From Acidimicrobiales bacterium (lineage in GTDB: Bacteria > Actinomycetota > Acidimicrobiia > Acidimicrobiales > JAUJNH01): a stretch of 27,803 bases of DNA. Below the pieces are notes generated by a model. That model made no database searches, was not told the DNA's origin, and worked only from the letters and a program-made list of their open reading frames with translations. The first letter of the stretch is position 1. Each line of letters opens with the position of its first letter. Both the position numbers and the translations under genes were made by a program. This document shows, piece after piece, positions 8,463 through 16,993 of the stretch. Location of the stretch: positions 1 to 27,803 of the forward strand of contig JAYUDU010000308.1 in NCBI GenBank assembly GCA_043739605.1, in the 5' to 3' direction.

Positions 8463-9688
8463 CGGGGGACCTGGGACCAGGGGAGGGCCTTGTCGACGCG
8501 GACGTCGCCGGGGAGGCCGAGGACGCGTTCGCCGAGGATGTTGCGCTGGATCTGGCTGGTGCCGCCCTCGATCGAGTTGGCGCGGGCCCGCAGGAACATC
8601 TTCCGGCTGGAGCCGGGAGGGCCCTCGAGGCCGATGGCGTCGCTGCGCTTCATGTCGTAGTCGAAGCCGACCTGGCCATCCATGCCGAGGATGTCGACGC
8701 ACATGGCGTAGATCTGCTGGTTGACTTCGGCGTGAGCGACCTTGGCGATGGAGCCCTCGGGGCCGGGGTTGCCGACGCGGCGGTTCTGGCCGGCGCGGAT
8801 GTTGGTGAGGCGGAGCACCTCAGCCTTGATCCACAGGTGCATCAGCGCGTCCTTCTGGACGACGTCGACGTGGCCGGTGCGCTCGACTTTGGCCTTGTAC
8901 AGGCGGACGGCCTCAGCGATCGGGCCGGACCCGGCGGGGCGTACCTGGCCGGATCCGCCGCCGCCGATGGTGGTGCGCTCGTTCATGAGGGTGGTCATGG
9001 AGACCGCCCAGCCCTGGCCGACGTCGCCGATTCGATCGCCGTCGGGGATGCGCACGTCCGTGAGGTACACCTCGTTGAACTCGGCCTCGCCGGTGATTTG
9101 GCGGAGCGGCCGGACCTCGACGCCCGGCGCGTGCATGTCGACCGCGAAGTACGTCATGCCGCGGTGCTTGACCTGCTCTGGGTCGGTCCGGGTGACGAGC
9201 ATGCCCTTGTCGGCGAGGTGGGCCATGGTGTTCCAGACCTTCTGGCCGTTGACGAGCCACTCCTCACCGTCCTTGACCGCTTTGCAGGCGAGGCTGGCGA
9301 GGTCGGACCCGGCGCCGGGCTCTGAGAACAGCTGGCACCACGCCTCCTCGCCCGTGAACATGGGGCGCAGCAGCCGCGTGCGCTGCTCGTCGGTGCCGTG
9401 GGTGGCGATGGTCGGGCCGGCGAGGGAGAGGCCGAAGAAGCTGGTCGGTTCCGGGTTCGGGCCGCCCGCCGCGTTGAGCTGGCGGTTGATCATGATCTGC
9501 AGCTTCGGCGCGACGCCGAGGCCGCCGAACCCCTTCGGAAACGTGACCCAGGCCAGGCCGGCGTCGTACTGGTAGCCGCGGAACTCGCGCGGCGGCATGC
9601 CCTTGGGTGGATGGGCGGCAAGGAGGCTGTCGATCGCGTCCTGGACGAGCCGCTCGTCTGCGGTCAGCTCTGTGTCGTTGTCGGCCAT
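8459..9688 (-). CDS. Acyl-CoA dehydrogenase (actinobacterial FadE type)
   Basis: 'WCQLFSEPGAGSDLA', 'NGQKVW', 'EFNEVYL', 'IEGGTSQIQRNILGER'. ATG 9688 with TACGGT 5 nt upstream. Stop overlaps the SDR stop within CTAG. Confidence 0.95.
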   Translation of the reverse strand: MADNDTELTADERLVQDAIDSLLAAHPPKGMPPREFRGYQYDAGLAWVTFPKGFGGLGVAPKLQIMINRQLNAAGGPNPEPTSFFGLSLAGPTIATHGTDEQRTRLLRPMFTGEEAWCQLFSEPGAGSDLASLACKAVKDGEEWLVNGQKVWNTMAHLADKGMLVTRTDPEQVKHRGMTYFAVDMHAPGVEVRPLRQITGEAEFNEVYLTDVRIPDGDRIGDVGQGWAVSMTTLMNERTTIGGGGSGQVRPAGSGPIAEAVRLYKAKVERTGHVDVVQKDALMHLWIKAEVLRLTNIRAGQNRRVGNPGPEGSIAKVAHAEVNQQIYAMCVDILGMDGQVGFDYDMKRSDAIGLEGPPGSSRKMFLRARANSIEGGTSQIQRNILGERVLGLPGDVRVDKALPWSQVPR

Positions 9689-9742
9689 GCCGCACCGTAT
9701 CCGCGCCGGCGGACCTGAACACGGGTCAGGGCGTGACGCCAA

Positions 9743-10300
9743 CTACGAGAGGCCCGGCAACCCCTCGATGTCGGCGTCCAGCTCGACGCCGAGGCTGTTC
9801 AGCGTGAAGGCGACGAGGTGGTACTGCCCGACGACCATGCAGATCTCGATCATCCCCTTGGCCTCGTATCGGGGCACGAGGCTCGCCCAGGTCGCGTCGC
9901 TGATCATGTAATCGACGTGCAGCTCATCGGCGGCCCGGATGAGCGCCGCGTCCTCGGCGGACCAGCCGGCCTGGTCGATCGGTTTGGTCAGCATGAGGAT
10001 CTCGTCGTCGCTCAGCCCGCAGGCCTTGCCGATGACGACGTGCTGACCCCACTCGTAGTCGGCGCCGCAGAGGAAGCCGGTGCGAAGGATGAGCAGCTCG
10101 CGGTCGCGGCCGGACAGCACGCCCCCGTAGAGGAGGACGCCACCGAAGTCTGACCACTTCTTGAGCAGCTTCGGGTGGTGGGCGAGCGTGGCGAAGATGC
10201 CCATGTCTGGCCCGTCGGGCGAGCGGCGGAACGTCGCGAGGAGTGCCTCCGTGCGCTCGTCGCGGTCGGCGGGGGCGAGCGGCGGGATGCGTGCGGTCAC
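9743..10300 (-). CDS. Carboxymuconolactone decarboxylase/AhpD-family protein
   Basis: 'TLAHHPKL', 'RDRELLILR', 'CGADYEWGQH' (CxxxYEWxxH pattern). TACGGT lies 7 nt before the GTG. Confidence 0.85.
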   Translation of the reverse strand: MTARIPPLAPADRDERTEALLATFRRSPDGPDMGIFATLAHHPKLLKKWSDFGGVLLYGGVLSGRDRELLILRTGFLCGADYEWGQHVVIGKACGLSDDEILMLTKPIDQAGWSAEDAALIRAADELHVDYMISDATWASLVPRYEAKGMIEICMVVGQYHLVAFTLNSLGVELDADIEGLPGLS

Positions 10301-10338
10301 GACCGCGACCGTACGCCGATCAGCGCCTCAGTCGCGGC

Positions 10339-11049
10339 TCAGCGGGGCAGGCGGAGGGAGTAGCCGACGCCGCGGACGGTGTGGATGAGGTTGGGCTCGA
10401 CATCGTCGACCTTGTGGCGCAGGTAGCTGATGTAGGTCTCAAGCACGCTGGCGTTGGAGGCGAACGTGTACTCCCACACATGCTCGAGGATCTGCTCTCG
10501 GGTCAGCACCCGCTTGGCGTTGGACAGCAGGTAGTGCAGCAGCTTGTACTCGGTGGGGGTCAGCTCGATCAGCTTCCCGTGGCGCCATACGTCGCGGGTG
10601 TCTTCGTCAAGCTCAAGGTCGGCGAACGAGAGCTTGCGGTCACCGGGACCCACACCAGACGACCGTCGCAGCACCGCCTTCACCCGCTCGACCAGCTCCT
10701 CGATGCTGAAGGGCTTGGTGACGTAGTCGTCGCTCCCCAGCCGGAGCCCCTCGACCTTGTCCTGGGTGGCATCGCGGGCGGTGAGGAAGATGATCGGCAC
10801 CCGGGTGCCGGCACCCTCGTTCTGGCGGATTCGCTTGGCGACCTCGAAGCCGTCGAGATCGGGCAGCATCACATCGAGGATCATGAGGTCGGGTCTGTGG
10901 GCCTGCGCGGCGGCGAGCCCGGCGCGGCCGCTGGCCTGGCGCTCCACGTCGAAGCCGTTGAAGCCCAGCGCCATCGCGAGCAGCTCGGTGATGTGCTCCT
11001 CGTCATCGACGACGAGCACCCTCGGCTTGGGGCGCCCCGCATCGCTCAC
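10339..11049 (-). CDS. OmpR/PhoB-family response regulator (PhoP/TcrX-like)
   Basis: 'VLVVDDE', 'ILDVMLPD', 'FLTARD', 'DDYVTKPF', and winged helix 'LTPTEYKLL' / 'IHTVRGVGY'. Start GTG 11049 chosen because TATCGT lies 7 nt upstream; GTG 11058 is an alternative. Confidence 0.95.
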   Translation of the reverse strand: MSDAGRPKPRVLVVDDEEHITELLAMALGFNGFDVERQASGRAGLAAAQAHRPDLMILDVMLPDLDGFEVAKRIRQNEGAGTRVPIIFLTARDATQDKVEGLRLGSDDYVTKPFSIEELVERVKAVLRRSSGVGPGDRKLSFADLELDEDTRDVWRHGKLIELTPTEYKLLHYLLSNAKRVLTREQILEHVWEYTFASNASVLETYISYLRHKVDDVEPNLIHTVRGVGYSLRLPR

Positions 11050-11163
11050 GGCGGGCACGATAACGGTTCTGCGCAACTTCCCAGGAACATCGGCACTCGT
11101 TCAGAGCCGCCGCCGCCACGATGGCGACATGACCTCGATGGCACCTGGGAAGATCTCCTGACG

Positions 11164-12627
11164 ATGAACCTCCGCGTGCGCTTGGTCGTGGCGCTGCTCG
11201 CGCTCCTTGCCATCGGACTCGTGCTGTTCGGCGCCGCGACGTCGCTGCTCTCGGACCAGGCTCAGCGGGACCGCCTGGACGACCAGGTGCGTGACGCCAT
11301 CCCCTCGGCGACCCAGCAACTGCGGTTCGCGGCCGGCCTCGGCCCCGATGGTGGATTCGGACCACCCCATTCGCCCTCCGACGAAGCAGAAGGGGGTTCG
11401 TCGGCACCTGGTCGTCGGGATGGGGGACGCGCGCCTTCGTCTGCGCTGGCCCCCGGTTCCTACCTGCAGCTGCGCGACCGAGGCGGGGTCGTCCTGTCCA
11501 CGCTCCAGGTGAGCGGTGAAGCATCTTCGGCCAAGCCCCAGCTGCCCCTTGGCCTCGACGCGCCGCCCCACACCGTCCGGTTGCTCGAGGTGGGCTCTGT
11601 GGGTGGTCGCGTCGGTCGGTGGCGCGCCGCGGTGTCGCAGAACGATCGCAACGGTGAGGTGACCGTCGTCGCGGTGCCGCTCACCGAAGTCGATGCGGCC
11701 CGCACCCGCCTCATCTTGCTGGAGGGCTTCGGTGGTTTCATCCTGCTCGCAGTGCTGGGCGGTGGCTCGTGGCTCATTCTGCGCCGGGGGCTGCGACCGC
11801 TCGAGGAGATGGCGGAGACCGCCGGTGGCATCACCGCCGGCGACCTGTCGACGCGGGTCTCGCCCGCTGATGGCCGGAGCGAGGTCGGCCAGCTCGGGCT
11901 TGCGCTCAACACCATGCTCGGCGAGATCGAGCAGGCGTTCCTTGAGCGCGACGAGACCGAACGTCGCCTGCGGCAGTTCCTCGCCGACGCCTCCCACGAG
12001 CTGCGCACGCCCCTCACCAGCATCCAAGGCTTCGCAGAGATGTTCCGACTCGGCGCTGACAGCGAGCACGTGGATCGGGACGTCATCATGCGCCGCATCG
12101 AAGAGGAATCCGCCCGGATGCGGACGCTCGTCGAGGATCTGTTGCTGCTGGCTCGGCTCGACCAGACCCGTCCAGCCGAGCGCACCCCCGTCGATCTCTC
12201 TGTCCTCGCCGCTGATGCATGCAGCGATGCGGTCGCGTCCGCCCCCGGTCGGCCGGTCAGCCTCGACGCGCCGGAGCCGGTCGTGGTTCTGGGCGACCGC
12301 GACCACCTGCGCCAAGCGGTCGCCAACCTCGTCGCCAATGCGGTGCGCCATACGCCGGAGGGCGGCGCGATCGAGCTCCGCTCCCATCTCGTGGACGGAC
12401 GGGCGCGCCTGGAGGTGCGCGACCACGGGCCTGGCCTCAGCGAGGACGCGCTGGCTCACGTGTTCGACCGGTTCTGGCAGGCCGACGCCGCGCGCGTGGG
12501 TCACGGCGCCGGTCTCGGACTTGCGATCGTGGCGGGCATCGCTCACGAGCATGCCGGCAGTGCCACCGCCACCAACGCAGACGGCGGCGGCGCGCGCTTC
12601 ACGATCGAGCTCCCGGTGGCCCGCTGA
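11164..12627 (+). CDS. Membrane sensor histidine kinase (HAMP-HisKA-HATPase)
   Basis: Two TM helices, HAMP 'LRPLEEM', H-box 'DASHELRTPLT', N-box 'NLVANAVRH', 'DHGPG', 'GAGLGLAI'. Start moved from track 10243 to ATG 11164 (MNLRVRL). Confidence 0.95.
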   Translation: MNLRVRLVVALLALLAIGLVLFGAATSLLSDQAQRDRLDDQVRDAIPSATQQLRFAAGLGPDGGFGPPHSPSDEAEGGSSAPGRRDGGRAPSSALAPGSYLQLRDRGGVVLSTLQVSGEASSAKPQLPLGLDAPPHTVRLLEVGSVGGRVGRWRAAVSQNDRNGEVTVVAVPLTEVDAARTRLILLEGFGGFILLAVLGGGSWLILRRGLRPLEEMAETAGGITAGDLSTRVSPADGRSEVGQLGLALNTMLGEIEQAFLERDETERRLRQFLADASHELRTPLTSIQGFAEMFRLGADSEHVDRDVIMRRIEEESARMRTLVEDLLLLARLDQTRPAERTPVDLSVLAADACSDAVASAPGRPVSLDAPEPVVVLGDRDHLRQAVANLVANAVRHTPEGGAIELRSHLVDGRARLEVRDHGPGLSEDALAHVFDRFWQADAARVGHGAGLGLAIVAGIAHEHAGSATATNADGGGARFTIELPVAR

Positions 12628-12765
12628 CGCCCGGCGTTCCCTTGCGCATGGGGCCGGCATTGCGCACACCGGCCACCGACGCCGACCCCCAGACGCGCCT
12701 CCTCTGCTTCCTCGTCCGCTTGCCGTAAGCGGCGGTTCGCCCCGCCGCGTCTGCCGTCGCTAGCG

Positions 12766-13824
12766 TTGGAGACCGTGTCTGCACTCGTGGCCGAGGTCTT
12801 CGGCGTCGGCGCCGCGTATTGGAACACGACCATCGTCAAGGTGCTGGCCACCCTGATCATCGTGCCGACCGGCGCGCTCATCCTTGGCTACGTGTTCCTG
12901 CTGAAGATGATGTCGTTCATGCAGAGCCGGCTCGGCCCGATGGAGTCGGGTCCCGGCGGGTCGCTACAACTCGTCGGCGATGGCATCAAGTTCCTCCAGA
13001 AGGAGGACATCTTCCCCGACAACGCCGATCGGCCCGTCTTCGCCTTCGCGCCGATGGTCGTGCTGGCCAGCACGTTCCTCATGTTCATGGTGGTGCCCGC
13101 CGGCCCAGACCTCGTCATCGCCAAATTTGACACCGGCATCTTCTTCGCCCTCGCCGTCAGCTCCCTCTCGGTGCTCGGCGTGCTCATGGCCGGTTGGTCA
13201 AGCGCAAACAAGTACTCGCTCATCGGTGGGCTGCGAGCCGCAGGCCAGCTCATCGCGTACGAGCTACCCATCGTGCTGGCCGTCGTCGGTGTCGTCATCC
13301 AGGCCGGTTCGATGAACCTGGGGACCATCGTTGATGTCCAGCGCCACTTCAAGGTGTTCGGCACCAACCTTGGCGGCGTCCCTTTCCTCATTCCGCAGTT
13401 CGTGGGCTTTGTGATCTTCCTCATCGGCGCCCAGGCGGAGCTGAACCAGACGCCGTTCGACATGCCGGTGGCGGAGTCAGAGCTGGTCGCCGGTCACATG
13501 ACCGAGTACACCGGCTTCCGGTTCCTCATCTTCTTCCTGTCGGAGTTCGGCACCGCGTTCGCCTACGCGGCGCTGGCGGCCACGCTGTTCCTCGGCGGCT
13601 GGTACGTGCCGGGCCTCGGAAACATCGGTGGCTTCATCGGCAACGTCATCGGCATCGGGGTGCTGCTCGCCAAGATGATGTTCATCTCGTTCTTCATCTT
13701 CTGGTTCCGGTTCAGCTACCCCCGCCTCCGTGAGGACCAGCTGCAGGCGCTGGCCTGGAAGTTTCTCATCCCCGCTTCGCTCGTCAACATCTTGGTGACT
13801 GCTGTCATCAAGGTCCTGGTCTAG
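12766..13824 (+). CDS. nuoH: NADH-quinone oxidoreductase (complex I) subunit H
   Basis: 'MQSRLGP', 'DGIKFLQKED', 'KYSLIGGLRAAGQLIAYE', 'AELNQTPFDMPVAESELVAG', 'YPRLREDQL'. Start is TTG 12766 or GTG 12775. Confidence 0.95.
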   Translation: METVSALVAEVFGVGAAYWNTTIVKVLATLIIVPTGALILGYVFLLKMMSFMQSRLGPMESGPGGSLQLVGDGIKFLQKEDIFPDNADRPVFAFAPMVVLASTFLMFMVVPAGPDLVIAKFDTGIFFALAVSSLSVLGVLMAGWSSANKYSLIGGLRAAGQLIAYELPIVLAVVGVVIQAGSMNLGTIVDVQRHFKVFGTNLGGVPFLIPQFVGFVIFLIGAQAELNQTPFDMPVAESELVAGHMTEYTGFRFLIFFLSEFGTAFAYAALAATLFLGGWYVPGLGNIGGFIGNVIGIGVLLAKMMFISFFIFWFRFSYPRLREDQLQALAWKFLIPASLVNILVTAVIKVLV

Positions 13825-13834
13825 GAGGCCCGCC

Positions 13835-14323
13835 ATGCCCATGCTCGGCTTGTTGAAGGGCCTCGCCGTCACGGCGAAGGAGCTCAAGGAGACGCTCACC
13901 AAGGGCGCCGTCACCGTGCAGTACCCGCACGAGCGCGAGGAGATCGCTCCCCGGGCCCGCGGCGTCATCACGTTGAAAGAGGAGAACTGCACGGTCTGCA
14001 TGCTGTGCGTGCGGTCGTGCCCCGACTGGTGCATCTACATCGAGGGTCACAAGGACATGAAGCCGGCCAAACGAGCCGGCGGCAAGCCCACCACCGGCTC
14101 GTTCCTCGACCGCTTCGACATCGACTACTCGCTGTGCATGTACTGCGGCATCTGCGTCGAGGTGTGCCCATTCGATGCCATCCACTGGAGCCCGGAGTAC
14201 GAGTACTCAGAGGTCTCCATCGACAAGCTCATGCACGACATGGAGCGCCTCGGCGAGTGGGAGCAGACCGTCCCGGTCCAGCCCGACTACGAAAAGGGCG
14301 CTGAGGTCAAGAAGAAGAAGTAG
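13835..14323 (+). CDS. nuoI: NADH-quinone oxidoreductase subunit I (2x[4Fe-4S])
   Basis: 'TVQYPHE', 'CTVCMLCVRSCP', 'CMYCGICVEVCPFDAI'. GGAGG SD, 10 nt after the nuoH stop. Confidence 0.95.
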   Translation: MPMLGLLKGLAVTAKELKETLTKGAVTVQYPHEREEIAPRARGVITLKEENCTVCMLCVRSCPDWCIYIEGHKDMKPAKRAGGKPTTGSFLDRFDIDYSLCMYCGICVEVCPFDAIHWSPEYEYSEVSIDKLMHDMERLGEWEQTVPVQPDYEKGAEVKKKK

Positions 14324-14329
14324 CGCCCG

Positions 14330-15814
14330 TTACCAGGGGACGGGGGCGTAGTCCTTCAGGAACTGGCCCCAGACGTGGGTGCCGGTGTTGGCGCCGGCGA
14401 TGATGGGGTCGACGATGCGCGCCGCGCCGTCGACGATGTCGAGGGGTGGGTGGAAGCGCTCTTGTGCGGTCTTGCGCTCGGCGATGTGCAGCGGGTCCTC
14501 GTCGCTGACCCAGCCGGTGTCGACGCTGTTCATGTGGATGCCGTCGGCGTGGTAGTCGGCCGCTGAGGTGCGGGTCATCATGTTCAGCGCCGCCTTGGCC
14601 ATGTTGGTGTGCGGGTGCCGCGTCGTCTTGAACCGCCGGTAGAACTGGCCTTCGACGGCGGACACGTTGACGATGTGCTTGTCCCGCTCGGGCGTGCGCA
14701 GCATCAGCGGCTTGAGGCGGGCGTTCAGCACGAACGGGGCCACCGCGTTCACGAGCTGGGTCTCGAGCAGCTCGACCGACGACACCTCCGCCATGGTGAG
14801 CCGCCACGAGTTGGTGTCGCGCAGGTCGACCTGCTGGAGGTCCTGGTCGAGGCGACCGGCCGGGAACAGGTGCGGGCGGGGGGTGGCGTCGTCGGCCAGC
14901 AGGGCGACCTGTGACAGCGCGGGCGCGTCGACCACCTCCGGCGCCTCCAGGATGTCGACCGCGCGCACGCCGTCGACGCCACCCAGGATCCCCCGATGAG
15001 CAGCCGTCAGCTCGGGCAGTGCGGCGGTCTCCAATTCCAGCATGTGGCGATAGAACTCGGGCGGGCGCCGCACCGTCTGGCACGCGTTGTTGACGATGAA
15101 GTCCAGCCGATCGCGTGTGGTGAGGAGGTGGTGGCACAGGGCCTCGACGCTCGGCGTGTGGCGGAGGTCGAGCCCGAACACCTCGAGCCGATGCCCCCAC
15201 GCGGCGAAGTCCGGCTCGGCCGCGTACCGCTGCGCCGAGTCGCGCGGGAACCTCGTTGTGACGATGACCGAGGCACCCGCACGCAGCAGCTTGATGCACG
15301 CCTGGTAGCCGATCTTCACCCGGCCGCCGGTCACGAGCGCGACGCGCCCGGTGAGATCCGCCGTCTCCGACCGCTTGGCGAAGTTGAGCGCGGCGCACGT
15401 TGGGCAGAGCTGGTCGTAGAAGTGGTGGACGACCGTGTAGTCGACCTTGCAGATGTAGCAGTGGCGGTCCGCCGTCGGGCGACCTGCGGCTGCGGTCGGC
15501 TCGCCATCAGAGCTGTGTGCGAGCGGCGGGAACACGTTCGGGGTGGTGAACACCGGCTTCGCCCGGAGGGCGCGGATCCCGGTCTCGGTCAGCACCGCGT
15601 CGTCGCGCCGCGCCTTGGCGGCCCGCTCGGCGCGCTGGCGCGCCTTGGCCTGGCGGCGACGCTCGTCCGGATCGGGGTCAGCGACGCGGCTCGCCGCGCT
15701 CAGGAGGCGCTTGCGGTCGATGTCGTCGAGGCCGTCGAGGAGCGACCGATCGGTGACGACCGACTCCAGCAGCGTGGTCGCAGCGGCGAGCCGAGCGGAG
15801 AGGTCGTCCGGCAC
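14330..15814 (-). CDS. Atypical SDR-family oxidoreductase with N-terminal extension and CxxC..CxxC zinc ribbon
   Basis: 'ALVTGGRVKIG', 'VNNA', 'VNVS', 'HTNMAKAALNMMT', 'NSVDTGWV', plus CYIC-x14-CPTC. Start GTG 15814 (CATCCT 6 nt upstream) or GTG 15820. Confidence 0.85.
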   Translation of the reverse strand: MPDDLSARLAAATTLLESVVTDRSLLDGLDDIDRKRLLSAASRVADPDPDERRRQAKARQRAERAAKARRDDAVLTETGIRALRAKPVFTTPNVFPPLAHSSDGEPTAAAGRPTADRHCYICKVDYTVVHHFYDQLCPTCAALNFAKRSETADLTGRVALVTGGRVKIGYQACIKLLRAGASVIVTTRFPRDSAQRYAAEPDFAAWGHRLEVFGLDLRHTPSVEALCHHLLTTRDRLDFIVNNACQTVRRPPEFYRHMLELETAALPELTAAHRGILGGVDGVRAVDILEAPEVVDAPALSQVALLADDATPRPHLFPAGRLDQDLQQVDLRDTNSWRLTMAEVSSVELLETQLVNAVAPFVLNARLKPLMLRTPERDKHIVNVSAVEGQFYRRFKTTRHPHTNMAKAALNMMTRTSAADYHADGIHMNSVDTGWVSDEDPLHIAERKTAQERFHPPLDIVDGAARIVDPIIAGANTGTHVWGQFLKDYAPVPW

Positions 15815-15862
15815 GCCCACAGGATGCCACCCCGCGAGGTCGTCGAACGAAGCGGGCGGGCA

Positions 15863-15882
15863 ACTTGACCGCACGGTCAAGT
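15863..15882. promoter_or_regulatory. Perfect palindromic operator ACTTGACCG-CA-CGGTCAAGT
   Basis: 9-2-9 perfect inverted repeat between divergent genes, sharing its last base with the TACGGT -10 (15882-15887) of the MBL gene. Confidence 0.75.
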
Positions 15883-15894
15883 ACGGTCGACGGC

Positions 15895-16983
15895 GTGGCC
15901 GAAACCGGACCTGTTGGACACGCGCATGCGCACGAGCACGAGGCACCGCCGGTGGCGGCGCACGGGCCACGCCAGGAGCAGCAGCCCGCCCTGCCCGGCG
16001 TCGACGAGGTCGCCGACGGCATCCTCCGCCTCCAGCTGCCGATCTCGATGCCAGGACTCGGTCACGTCAACTGCTACGTGGTGCCCGACGGCGAGGGCTG
16101 CGCGGTGATCGACCCCGGGATGCCGGGCACCGACGCCTACGCGACCGTCGTCGCCAAGCTGGCGGAGTCTGGCTTCGAGCCCCGCCACGTCCACACCATT
16201 CTCATCACCCACAGCCACCCCGACCACTTCGGTGGGGCAGGGCGCCTGGCAGAGGAGTCGGGGGCGGACGTGGTCACCCACTCTGCGTTCAAGCTGTGGT
16301 GGAGCGAAGACCCCAACGACCCGTGCGAGCAGATCCACGACGTCGACCCCGACGACTGGCCAGAGGGCAACCCGTTCGACGGCCCCAACCCGTGGGGTGG
16401 TCCTCGCCACGAACGGCCGAAGGGCCTCGTCATGACGCCCCAGGACTTCATGCCGCCGCGTCCGACGCGCCGGCTCCGCGATGGCGACCGCATCACCCTC
16501 GGCGGCCGCGAGTGGCAGGCCATCCACACGCCCGGTCACACCCTCGACCACATGTGTCTTTTCGACGCCGAACATGGCACGTTCCTGTCGGGCGACCACG
16601 TGCTGCCGACCATCACCCCGCACATCTCCGGCATCGCCTCGGGCCGTGACCCACTCGCCGCGTTCACCGCCAGCCTCCACAAGGTCGCGGACCTGCCGGG
16701 CGTCCAGAAGGTCCTCCCGGCCCACGGCCTCGTCTTCGAGGACCTTGGCGGTCGCGTCGACGCCATCGTCGAGCACCACCACGAGCGGCTCGAGAAGGTC
16801 GTTGCCATCGGGAAGGCCCTTGGTCCGGTTGCCGTCGAGTCGTTCAGCCACGAGCTGTTCCGGCCGCAGGTGTGGGGTCCGATGGCCGACAGCGAGACCT
16901 ACGCTCACCTCGAGCACCTTCGCCTGTCGGGCCGAGCCGAGCGCAGGGACGAGGGCGCCGTCGCTGTCTACGAGATGGTGTGA
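15895..16983 (+). CDS. Metallo-beta-lactamase-fold hydrolase
   Basis: 'THSHPDHFG', 'TPGHT', 'SGDHVL', 'PAHG'. Start GTG 15895 with TACGGT 7 nt upstream. Confidence 0.92.
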   Translation: MAETGPVGHAHAHEHEAPPVAAHGPRQEQQPALPGVDEVADGILRLQLPISMPGLGHVNCYVVPDGEGCAVIDPGMPGTDAYATVVAKLAESGFEPRHVHTILITHSHPDHFGGAGRLAEESGADVVTHSAFKLWWSEDPNDPCEQIHDVDPDDWPEGNPFDGPNPWGGPRHERPKGLVMTPQDFMPPRPTRRLRDGDRITLGGREWQAIHTPGHTLDHMCLFDAEHGTFLSGDHVLPTITPHISGIASGRDPLAAFTASLHKVADLPGVQKVLPAHGLVFEDLGGRVDAIVEHHHERLEKVVAIGKALGPVAVESFSHELFRPQVWGPMADSETYAHLEHLRLSGRAERRDEGAVAVYEMV

Positions 16984-16993
16984 CGACCTGGAG

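Noticed and set aside
10243-11163. Apparent 307-aa N-terminal extension of the histidine kinase
   Set aside because: It is the open antisense frame of the response regulator. The kinase's first TM helix begins right after ATG 11164.
12690-12753. Alternative hairpins upstream of nuoH (gcggcgg/ccgccgc versus cagacgcg/cgcgtctg)
   Set aside because: Short GC-only stems are expected by chance at this GC content. There is no U-tract or recognisable riboswitch core.
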